A stretch of DNA of 64,000 bases from Octopus vulgaris (lineage: Eukaryota), in NCBI GenBank assembly GCA_951406725.2, contig OX597831.1, positions 82,956,001 through 83,020,000 on the forward strand. The letters run 5' to 3'. Positions 12,661 through 23,954 of this stretch are shown piece after piece (positions within the stretch are counted from its first letter, which is position 1; every line of letters begins with the position of its first letter). Made by a program: the position numbers and the translations under genes. The notes beneath the pieces were generated by a model. It saw only the letters and a program-made list of their open reading frames with translations. It did no database searches and was not told the origin of the DNA.

Positions 12661-13554
12661 CACACACACACATTATATATGCATGCACATATTATAGAGC
12701 CATCCCAACACTGTATATATAAAGAGATCTACTTTCATGGCTACAATTGATGAGTAGATTGTTTGAAAGGTTGATGACACAGAAAGAATCAATAATAATT
12801 GAGAAATCAATAAAATCTCATTGATTTATTTTCTTATTGTGATAACACATTTGAAGGGCTTGTTATTGTTGACTGAATTGATTTCTCTTAATAAAGAAAT
12901 AAAAGTTTGTGTTAATAGGGGTCAGCAAGGGAGCTTCTATGAAGTCACTGAACTTGGGAACAGAAGGTGTTGGGTGCCCTAGAAATGAAATCATGTGACC
13001 TAAACATGTGACTATTCTTCAAGCACATTTGTTTCATCACACTTCGCTGGAGCTCCTCAACAAGACATTCATGAAGTAAGCAATGAACCTGCAGCCAATC
13101 GAGCAAACTGAGGCATTGAGAGAGTGATGAGCTGCCATCTTGTGCTTCACAGTTGCTGTAACAAGGCTTAAACTGGTGACCAGTGACCAGCAGACAAGCG
13201 TACATGAATACAGAAGCAGGAACACGCCAGAGCGGCTACTGCCCACTAGTGTAACCATATACACCCAACTAGGCAACAAAGGCAGTCAATAAATCACCAT
13301 AATTTATTCCTCACATGATATCATAACCTCTTCTTAAATATGATTTAGCTATGAAAATATCATTGATTTTGTTGTTGTTCTTAATACAGCTCGATTTCAT
13401 GGCCTGAATTGAAGACTGATTGACCGCCGACCGGCCGGCCATCTCCAAACGACACTACACTTACATAAAACATTATTTATTCAATGATTTATCCAGCAAT
13501 CGATTTTAAAAAGTCAATACAATATAGTTTTTTTGAATCAAACTTGGAGCTGAC

Positions 13555-13667
13555 CGTCTGAACTGAGACCAGGGCTGGAAGTGAACTTGGCAACATCCAC
13601 GATTTTCACAGCAAACTGTTGTCCACTCTCTCGATGGACACATCTTCGTACCACACTGAAGGGACCC
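13555..13667 (-). CDS. CASK: CASK/LIN-2 coding exon 2
   Basis: ctctttctttcag|G GGT CCC TTC...TCA GAC G|gtcagc = (K)[37 protein letters not shown](D). 113 nt; joins in frame to the exon at 1010-1115 (G+AT=Asp). Intron 2 = 1116-13554. Confidence 0.97.
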
Positions 13668-13737
13668 CTGAAAGAAAGAGAAGAGAAGAAAAAACACATA
13701 AATATCACTTGGTTTTGTTTTTTATATAAATACATAC

Positions 13738-13950
13738 AAACATATCTTTCTTTTACTTGTTTCAATTATTAAACCGTGGCCAGACTGGGGCAATGCCTGG
13801 AAGAATTTTAGTCAAACAAATCAACCCCAGTGCTTCATATCTTTTTAAAACTGGGTACTTATTCTATTGGTCTCTTTTGCCGAACCTATGCAGATATAAT
13901 CACATCAACACCAGTCAGCAAGCATTGGAGACACACACACACACACACAC
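13738..13950 (-). mobile_element. 3' half of an abundant tRNA-derived SINE
   Basis: cttttacttgtttca...gtggccagactggggcaatgcc...ttttagtcaaacaaatcaaccccagt is the reverse complement of the tails at ~39600-39715 and ~58930-59045. Confidence 0.7.
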
Positions 13951-14043
13951 ACACACACATCAGTCAAACCACCAAACCAATCCCAGCATGGAAAATGGAC
14001 ATTAACTGATTGATAATGATTATCTCTATTTATATATATATAT

Positions 14044-14469
14044 ACAAGCAAAACGCCCCCTCCCCGTCCAATGGACGGTGCTGAGTTGTCAAACATTTAA
14101 ACCAAATTTTCTCAAAACAATTTGTCTGACCATCCCATATGCCCCCCTCTTTACAAAACACTGATTTAACCTAAATTTGAGACACTGTGCATTTTTCTCG
14201 TGTATGCGTAGTATCGATCACAGCAGCTGATGTACTTGCGCGTAGAAATGTACGTTCCCATGGCTTTATCGATCGCATTCTCACCTGGAATCATCATCAT
14301 CATCATCATCATTTAACGTCCGCTTTCCATGCTAGCATGGGTTAGACGATTTGATTTTTCTAATTTATTCAAGACTTATACACGCCCTGGTACCATTGGT
14401 ATCTACATGTCAAATTTGAGTGCTGCCAGAGATCCTAGAAGACACATAGACAGACAGAGAGAACAGATT

Positions 14470-14480
<11 letters not shown>
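14044..14480 (-). mobile_element. Non-autonomous Helitron-like element carrying an inserted ~65-bp RTE 3' stub (14290-14354)
   Basis: On the minus strand, the 5' end reads tatataaaatctgttctctctgtctgtctatgtg and the 3' end has hairpin ccgtcca-t-tggacgg followed by ...CTTG|T. CpG-rich; sits in (TA)n. The stub catcatcatttaacgtccgctttccatgctagcatggg matches the RTE tail at 9030-9085. Confidence 0.6.
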
Positions 14481-14515
<35 letters not shown>

Positions 14516-14529
14516 GTATAAAAAAAAAC

Positions 14530-14860
14530 CTATGTTCATGAATGATCATGAGATTGCACCTAGAACGTTTCCCTGCAAGGTACAAGTCCGGGCAAGCTTG
14601 TTTATGGAAGACCAGCTGTCATCCATGCACACCAGCCTCCCCTCTTCATGCCACCAAAGTTATCCAAGGGAAAAAAAGCAAAAGGGGCAATACAGCTTGG
14701 TACCAGTGATGTCGCAACTCATTTCTACAGTTGAGTAGAATGGAGCAGTGTGAAATAAAGAGTCTTGCTCAAGAACACAACACAGAACCCGGTCCAGGAA
14801 TCAAACTCACTACCTCACGATTGTGAGTCCAATGCTCTATCTACTGAACCATGCACCTTC
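14530..14860 (-). mobile_element. tRNA-derived SINE (CORE-like body)
   Basis: Reverse strand gcatggttcagtagatagagcattggactcacaatcgtgaggtagtgagtttgattcctggaccgggttctgtgttgtgttcttgagcaagactc. Confidence 0.75.
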
Positions 14861-14919
14861 ACATATATACAAATACACACACACACAAACACACACACGA
14901 AGACACACACGTATGCACA

Positions 14920-15060
14920 TCAGGCTTCTTTCAGTTTCTATCTATTAAAGCTACTCACAAGGCTTTGGTTGGCCCAGGGCTATAGTAGAAGACTGTTGCC
15001 CAAGATGCCATGCAGTGGGACTGAACCTGGAATCATGTGGTTGAGAAGCAAACTGCTTAT
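14920..15060 (-). mobile_element. tRNA-derived SINE head
   Basis: Reverse complement of ccacatgattccaggttcagtcccactgcatggcatcttgggcaa...gccttgtgagt, as in 39360 and 40175. Confidence 0.7.
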
Positions 15061-16084
15061 ACTTAGATATATAAACAGAAGTAGAATAAGGCATTTTCGG
15101 TTGGTTCTCGACTCCTGATTTCAAACCAGTTCTGTTCTTAGAACTATCACACATTCGGAGAGTATTAATTGGCAATGATAAGAATAATGAATAACGATGT
15201 GAAGTCATTAAAAAATAATTTCTAAAACATAAAATTGAGGTCAGTTATTATAAATGTCGAGTTATTTCTATTTTTTTCCATTGAAGAATTAAATAGGTGT
15301 GGGTGTGGCGGGGGGGGTGCATAACGATGTCAATGTGTGCAGTAACTCATTAATCATCACTCTTGCTCTCCAATTTTCTGTGTTAGCAAAGGTTTTATGA
15401 TTCTGCAATATAACACAGCAGTGATTTTACACTTCACTTAAAAAAACAATTTGTTCAATTAGAGTAAAGAGTGCCTCAATGAAACAAAAAAGAAAAAAAA
15501 ACATATAAAAGATGAAGAAACAACATAGAAAAAGAAAGAACAACTCTTTAACATAATTGAAAGAAATTCTTGCAGAAAACGAGTCTCTTGTGAGATCAAC
15601 AGTTTTCCTTTTCAATCCAAAATAACTTGGAGCATCAGCAGAGAAATAAGGAATGGAATGAAGACAGTTATTACGGTTGTAATGAATGAGCAGCCGACGA
15701 TGAAGGAATGGGGGATGAAAGCGAAGATAATTACAGTAATGAAGATTTTCATTTTGATGATTCATTTCGATTCATGTAAATTGAACGGTTACTACAAAGA
15801 GGCTAAGAAGCAAGACCAACACACACACACACAAATAGACACATACATTCTCATATATAAAGCTATATATATATATATAAATCTATTAATTTTGTTCTCA
15901 GCTGAAAGACAATTTCTTTGTTGGCAGCTAAGCCAGCATGTGGGCATGTGGGCATGTGGACATGTGGGCATGTGGGCATGTGTCATGCTGGCTTTGTTCT
16001 TCATCTTCCATCTGCTGCAGGTCATTCCTTTCAAACTGCTGACTGGCAGTCCCAACGACATGACTGTATGCTCACAGTCACAGC

Positions 16085-16121
<37 letters not shown>

Positions 16122-16236
16122 CTTATGGTGATGGTAGTGGTTGTAATACAAGTAGTAACAGCAGTGTGCATAGTAAAAGCAGTAAAACATGTTCTGTTTT
16201 TACTAATCTCTTTCTCTCCCTCTCCAATTCATACAT

Positions 16237-16358
16237 CACCACCACCACCACCACCACCACCACCACCACCACCACCACCACCACCACCACCACCACCACC
16301 ACCACCACCACCACCACCACCACCACCACCACCACCACCACCACCACCACCACCACCA
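16237..16358. repeat. (CAC)n trinucleotide microsatellite, about 40 units
   Basis: Direct reading; source of the poly-Pro, poly-Thr and poly-Val ORFs. Confidence 0.95.
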
Positions 16359-16814
16359 TGACTAGCAACAATAACAACAACAACAGGTCTTTATTCTATT
16401 TTCCCCTGGTACAAGACAATTCCTCCTTAGCCCCAATTCTTTCTTTCCCAGACAAGAGCAGACATTCTGCAGTCCTTTAGTTTCAGGACCAATCAGTTCC
16501 AAGCCTCCGGATTTGACCCTATACTCACAGGAAGTTATCCAGTCCCACCCTCATGCCCCACCCAAACTCCCAGCATCCTTAATTACTCACACACTCCATA
16601 GCAACCGCCCCCACACACACACACACATACCATGCCATGAAGTGTGACTGTTATTTCGTTATAATTAGGGGAGCTGAGCCCCCCACCCCCACCCACACCC
16701 ACACTCACATGCACCATTTCATTAAAGTAATTAGAATTATTCTTGGATCTAACGATTCTCTATCAGCAACTTGGCCAAAGAGAAAATATCATCAGGCATA
16801 TTCTTATATTCTAA

Positions 16815-17260
16815 ATCATCATCATCATCATCATCATTTAATGTCCATTGTCCAAGCTGGCATGGGTTGGACGGTCTGACCAGAGCTGGCAACAAGCTGC
16901 AGAGCTGCACCAGGCTTCTGTGTCTGTTGTGGAATGGTTCCTACAGCTGGATGCCATTCCTAACACCAACCACTTCACAGAGTGCTCCACTGAGTGGTTT
17001 TATGTGGTTCCATGTGAGTGGCACTGGCAAGAGTGCTTTTTACATGGCACCAGCACAGAACTCTTGTAGGCCAATCCTCCAGGGGGTGGGGGGAATGTGG
17101 CCTTAACACTTCTGCAGGGGAGGACAGGACATTTTGAGTACAGCAAGATGCCAGTCCCCTTGGTCCTTTGTCATCTCGTGGTGCCTGGCACCTTGCTGTA
17201 CTCAAGAAGACCCATATTAAATGTAATATAGGTTTCTTGTAGATTGCTACCAAATGCTTG
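16815..17260 (-). mobile_element. RTE 3' end fragment
   Basis: (CAT)n-ttaatgtcc...ggcatgggttggacgg...ctggatgccattcctaacaccaaccac and tgctttttacatggcaccagcac modules. Confidence 0.75.
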
Positions 17261-18265
17261 TTATTTTACAGATTTTAAACATCCCTAATGGGAGTTTTGG
17301 TTAACTCATTACATGGATAGTCTCAGTTAATCGAAGATTTCTTTTTATTCTGTTTTGGTCTGTTGTCACCTTTTTATGCGAAAAACCTTAGGATTGACAA
17401 CAATGCCATTCTGTAAGTTAAAGCACGTATAGGATATAGTATAGTGTACAGGATTATATGGTACATTGTGTAGGATATAGAATATATAGTGTACAATAAA
17501 GTATATGGTTATCATATAGGTTATAGTACACAGTATAGGTTAAAGCACATTGTCAATTGGGCTAGATAGATAGATAGATAGATAGATAGAGAGCGAGAGA
17601 GAGAGAGAGAGAGAGACAGAGAGAGAGACAGAGACAAAGAGAGACAGACAGACAGAAATCTGGGTCATGTCGAAGTGTATGTGATTAAAATGGTATAGCA
17701 TCCAGAGAAAGAAGGAATCAGTCTCATCTTGTTTGCAACATTATTGGATCCTGTGAAGTAATGAACCATTCCAGTAGACAGAGATATTCACAGTTACCAG
17801 GTAAATCCTTCAACAGAAACTTATTTTAAGAAATATTCACTAAATGGCATTAACGAAATTGATTACCATGGGATTGGTTGATGAGGAAGCTTACTCTAGA
17901 AATTAGATAATTTGGGTATAAATTAACATAAAAGCAAGCCCCGCTTAAAACAGCTGTTTTACAGTTTCAGAGACAAAAAACAGTCACCCCTCCCCAATCT
18001 CCTACCTCAATTCCCTCAGAGAAATCTGGAATCAGAAATGGAAATATTGTAAACAAAAGATATTTACTATTTTGGTAGATACTGAACAGATGAATATATA
18101 ATATAATATAAGTACAAAGTAAATAGAGAGCAGTTAACTATAGAATAGTTAGATCTAAAGTATATACACTGACCTCTTATATAAAGTAGATATCAGGTAT
18201 TCAAATATAGAATAGTTAGCTACAAGGTACACAGAGAGTGCTTAGATATAAAGAAAACATGCAGC

Positions 18266-18324
<59 letters not shown>

Positions 18325-18326
<2 letters not shown>

Positions 18327-18810
18327 GAGGATAATATCGATATTTAAGTGTCGAAATTATCAAGTGGCCAGCATGAAAGGAATACCTTACAAAGGTAAAA
18401 AAATTTTTAACAATTAAAAATGAGGGTGTCTAAAAGACACCAACATGCCGAAATAGCAGTCGAAACACTGACTATAGTACCACGTTAAATGTTCATATCG
18501 CACCATGAGGTAAAGCGGAGCATATGTATGTATGTACGACGCTCGTGTATGTAAGTATATCGTTTGCTGTGCATATATATATCTGTATTTATGTACCCTT
18601 GATATATTCAATTGATGACGGTAAAGCTTATCTAAAGCAGAACCAGAAATCCTTGGATCTTGAATTATTCAATAATTTTTGCTTGTATGTTTTGTCCCTC
18701 CGCTTTACCTCATGGTGCGATATGAACATTTAACGTGGTACTATAGTCAGTGTTTCGACTGCTATTTCGGCATGTTGGTGTCTTTTAGACACCCTCATTT
18801 TTAATTGTTA
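18325..18810 (+). mobile_element. Penelope-like element terminal-repeat fragment with inverted arrangement, inserted in (TA)n
   Basis: Perfect 113-bp inverted repeat (18408-18520 / 18698-18810) around a hammerhead motif. 18325-18395 is homologous to 26915-26985. Confidence 0.75.
18606..18665 (+). ncRNA. Minimal type-I hammerhead ribozyme motif
   Basis: Stem I attcaa/ttgaat; core tTGATGA (U3 variant); stem II cggt...acca (closing C-A mismatch) with inner gctt/aagc; GAAA; short stem III tcc-tt-gga; AUC triplet, predicted cut after 18659. Confidence 0.7.
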
Positions 18811-18824
18811 TATATATATATATG

Positions 18825-18873
<49 letters not shown>

Positions 18874-18886
18874 AAATATATATATG

Positions 18887-18917
<31 letters not shown>

Positions 18918-19143
18918 ATATAGAAAATAATTATTCTAAGTTGGAAATACTACATTTCTAAATGTCTCAGAGAGACTTATATAGTAGCAGCATGATAAAG
19001 TGATGGTTTTGTTGCCAACTTAATGTGGCAGTCCCAGGAAAGGGAAGAATGCTACTGCTATTTAGCCCCAGGAAAAATCGTTTCCAGTTGGCTATGTGAC
19101 ACAAACATTCTGTGTGCTTAAGTTTTCCACTCAGCAAAGCCAG

Positions 19144-19192
19144 CACCCAGACACTAGTTTCAGAGTCATTGCTCTTCATCAGTCTGGAGTAG
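19144..19192 (-). ncRNA. Minimal type-I hammerhead ribozyme motif (GUG triplet, probably inactive)
   Basis: Minus strand: ccaga CTGATGA agag-caatga-ctct GAAA ctag T G tctgg. All stems pair; palindromic stem III. Confidence 0.75.
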
Positions 19193-19276
19193 CTTATTCA
19201 AAGGGTAATAAGCATCGACAGCTGGCAAGCACTCCACAGACCTGCTTACTTTTGTCCTCCCTCAAACGCTTTAAAA

Positions 19277-19740
19277 TGTCATTGATTGTCCTCTGACAAT
19301 CCTCGTGCACAAGCTGATAAATGTTCTCAACATTTCCAGGGTGATGCTCATGGTAGGCCTTCCAGGTCACTCACTGTCTTCCAGGGATGTTCTTCCATTC
19401 TTGAAACACCCGTGCCACTTGAAACATTGCTTGTGACCCATTGTTTCTTCACCATAAGCTTGCTGAGGCATGCTCAATGTCTCTGCAGCAGACTTCCAAA
19501 GTTTAATGCAAAGTTCTACGTTGGCTCTTTGTTTCTGTCCATGACAAAATCAGGCTACAGCAGACACACGGGATCACAAAAACACAAAATTCACAACTTG
19601 CAAAGTAAACACAACAATGTCACTCAGTACAGGGCCTCACAAAGGTTACTACTAGCTCTCACTGCACACACAGAACCATGTGCTGCCATCTGTTGGAGTA
19701 CTACAGAACTAGTCCTGGAACTTTTCGATACCCCTTCATA
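19277..19740 (-). mobile_element. Mariner transposon 5' relic (TIR + N-terminal HTH region of transposase)
   Basis: TA + TIR tgaaggggtatcgaaaagttccaggact (19711-19740). Minus-strand translation QRANVELCIKLWKSAAETLSMPQQAYGEETMGHKQCFKWHGCFKNGRTSLEDSE*PGRP is a typical mariner N-terminus. Confidence 0.8.
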
Positions 19741-20005
19741 AAGTAGATTCCCTTTTTATATAAACAAGTTAGACTGATCTCATTATATAAAATAGTTAGA
19801 TTGACTTTTTTGTGTGAAATAGACTGACCTGTTTTATAGCTGTAGCAGTACAAAGTCAATAACCATGAAACCAGAAAAACAGCCAATAAAAGCCAATTGC
19901 TTTTAAAGTCTCCATTATGGTTTTCATATTTGAAACATTTTAACAAAATGAAATTGGAGAATATTTTGCATCATTTTATTCCTCTCTGGTCTATGTAAAC
20001 GTAGG

Positions 20006-20048
<43 letters not shown>

Positions 20049-20554
20049 TTAATAAGACTTTCTCTTCAACTGATTCTTTAACATTTCAATTAACAACTAA
20101 TTCACATCACAGTGTGTCTCTCGTTCAATTAATTATGTTCACAGAATGTGTGGCATACAATTTGTATCACAGCTGGTGTTTGTTGTTGTTGCTGTTGTTC
20201 TAAGAAGAGAAAATGGTAGAAGTGTTGTGTTAAGTATCCTGAGAAATTTGGTGACATCATTAGCTCGCATGTGAGCTCAAATCCCAGTAGTTGCTGTTAT
20301 ACATCAGATCTGGGAGGTTGATAAATTCTGTGGCAATAATTGAAAATTGATGTTACCTGAAGCAAGTTACCATCCTCCACTACTACCATTTTAGATGTAT
20401 CATCATCAACAACAACATCAATCTTTTACTATCAGTAAATTGGCACTGATGTGCTTCTGTAATAAAACATGCTGATAACTAATTAGAAGGCCAAGGTAAT
20501 TAATGAATCTGACTGTAAATTATATCTTCAATTACACACACCTAAACAATCATA

Positions 20555-20869
<315 letters not shown>

Positions 20870-20870
<1 letters not shown>

Positions 20871-21723
20871 AGGTGCTTGGGCTAAATTTGACGATTTTTA
20901 TGTCTGTCTTTTCAGGGACAGCTTGATGCATTGGTGAACAGTCCATGGTGTTGGGGATTAATGTTGATAGAGGGGACCAGAAGCAATCTGAATACAGGAA
21001 ACGAGTCACTTGTATCATGTTGATTTGTGCCAGGTATCAAAATCCAACATTATAACTGATGCTTAATGCTCTGCGAACACCGTAAAGGCTGCAAGACATG
21101 GTATGAACAACTGCAATGGAGACTATGAAACTGTGTCCAACAGGAAGGGAGGCAGCAGGCATTCGGATGGCATCCACATGTTGAAATTCATCCTCACATC
21201 TTTGAACAGGGCAGTAGGCTTAATTCAGACGACTGCATGAGGCTGCTGGAGACTGTGCTCAATCCCTGGCTGGAGAGGGTTGTTGCTAGAAGGCTATATG
21301 TGTGGCAGTAGGAATCAGCCTCGCACCATACCTCTGGGAAGAGTCAGATGTAGTTGTCAGAGAATTTCTATGACTTCACCAGACTCAATTTCTGGTCTCC
21401 TAATTCCCCCGACTGTAATTCCATAGATTATTATATATGGGGCATGGTTGAGGAAAACACCAACTGCTCTGCCTGCAACACCAAAGCCAAACCGGTGGCC
21501 AAGATCAAAGACTTTCCTTGGAATGCAGTGATGAATGCATGTGCCAGGTTCCAGAACCATCTTGAAGTTGTGGTGGAAGCTAAGCGCATCAGCTTGGAGT
21601 AAACTGTTATCTCCCAGCCATAATCCAGGTTGATATTTTTGGACATTTTAAAAATCTTTTTCTTTTTTTGAATAGAATATTGTTTTCCTTTTATGCAAAC
21701 TGTCAAATTTAGTCTGAACACTG
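20870..21723 (+). mobile_element. Internally deleted Tc1/mariner-superfamily (maT/DD37D-like) transposon
   Basis: Imperfect TIRs ggtgcttgggctaaatttgacg / ctgtcaaatttagtctgaacactg. Transposase remnant SENFYDFTRLNFWSPNSPDCNSIDYYIWGMVE (21354-21602). Confidence 0.8.
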
Positions 21724-21725
21724 TG

Positions 21726-21779
<54 letters not shown>

Positions 21780-22136
21780 CGTGTGTGTAACCTATATGGT
21801 AGATATATATAAACAGGGCAAATTTAACCAATTTCTCCAAAGATTGATAAAATGATGAACACCATTAATTTTCAAGACTTATTGACTTCTCATCAGAGGT
21901 GTCCAAATCAAGTTGACCAATTCTAGAGAAACAAACAGCCAATCCTTTTATATTACTCAACAAACCCTGAAGCTCCAAAGAGGACTGGGGCCTCTAAGTT
22001 GTATACCAAAAGCCATGTCATTGGGGATTTCAGTAAGAAAGCCTGCTAAATAAATAAATTAAGAAAACCAATGAATACCAGCATAGAAAATGAGGTGGTT
22101 GATGATGATGGTGATGATGATGGTACATTCACCCAC

Positions 22137-22177
<41 letters not shown>

Positions 22178-23008
22178 CACACACTATACCCTGAAAAAGC
22201 AACCACCTTACAACCCAAATATTAAACATACCAAAACATGAATTGTTTCCAGAAAGAGAATATTTGTTTAGATGCTGGACCCATAAATATGTGTAGATAG
22301 ACATTGTTAATGAGATGATAAAAGCAGTTGTAACACTTCTTATGGGGTTTTTAGAATTATGTTTAGGGTTTAGGATAAAGGAAAGGGATTACTTTATTCT
22401 GGAATTTGGTAGACATATTCTCTGGAATTATATTCCATTCTGTGGAAATCTCCACTTAATTGATTCTGCCTTATTTATATTTTCAATTTTTCACATCTCA
22501 TAATTTAATAATCACAACACTAAGTTGAAATTTTAATTAAATTTTAACGATATATTATTTGGCTTCTCTTTGTAATTCAATTTACACTAAGATGTAGTTG
22601 TGTGAGTAATGTGTGTGTAACTTTTATTCTTCCAGGGTTAATATAATTAAGAGCTAGTCAAGTGCTGGGGTCAATAAAATCATTCATTCAAACCCATCCA
22701 CATCCTCATCACCTCCAAAAATAGTCTGATGCCAATGCTAAAAGTTTGCATTGCTTTATCCAAAAGAATGAACTGGCTGTTGTGTCAGTGGAGCACTGAA
22801 AGAAATGCCCTGTTGATTCTGGCATTCTCAGTTCAAATCCCACTGAAGTCTCATCCTTCCAAGGATAAATCACCATTTGACCGGCAGAGTCGGCAGAGCA
22901 TTGGATAGAGTGCCGTGTGGTATTTGTTCCAATGGCTATCTGAGTAACTGAGCTCAAATCCTGACAATTTACACACACACACACACATCAAGTTTCACCT
23001 TCCAGCTT

Positions 23009-23049
<41 letters not shown>

Positions 23050-23898
23050 CACACAATTAGCAAATAACTTGCAGATGCAAGTGTCATTAAATAAAAGCTC
23101 CACACGCTGGAACTCGAGAGGGCTTAGGAGATCATGAGGAGAGTTCATTTCAGGGCCTTTGTCTTTATTGCACACCAGCACTTGTCACTAGCACCAACTT
23201 GATCACCTGATTACCAGTGTTCTACACACACACACACACACACACACTTAGCTAAGCTGATATCTTCCTAAACATGACTCCATTGCCATAACCAGCAACA
23301 GTTTGAATCATTTGTTTTAGAAAACCTTTCCATAAATATGTAAAATATTGATGTGACTTGCAGTATCCTAAATGTTAATTAAAAGATGAAATGATATTTC
23401 TAATTACAGGGAATAGAAATTTTGCTACAAACATTGAAATAGATAATTAGTTTTTAAAAAACAATGAATTTTTCTTTGTATCCAGACTTTTGGTCAGAAC
23501 CATATCTCTCTGTATATAACCACCATCATCATGTTATGTCCACTTTCCATGCTGATGTGGGCTGGAAAGATCATCGCAGCTCGGTTCTTACTGGGATGCA
23601 CTTCCTTCATAGTTGGATGCTTAGATGTTTCCATGGCTCGATACCCTTCCAATTACTGACCACCCTGTAGAAATCATTCTGTATTCCTTACCCACCACAA
23701 CAACCATAAGAGACAACAGTGAACTGTTTACATATACAATCTCTATTGAGACTTCATCATTTCTAAACTGCCACTCACCATTCTCTCTCTCTCTCTCTCT
23801 CTCTCCTGACTCTTGTCTTGTCACCATTCATTCCCCACCCCTTCTCTTCACCCCTTATCATATTGTTGCTTCTTTTACCTACTGTTCCATCTTTTCAT

Positions 23899-23954
<56 letters not shown>

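Noticed and set aside
9903-12722. Plus-strand ORFs (181, 139, 104 aa) over the RTE
   Set aside because: Antisense shadows of the LINE coding sequence.
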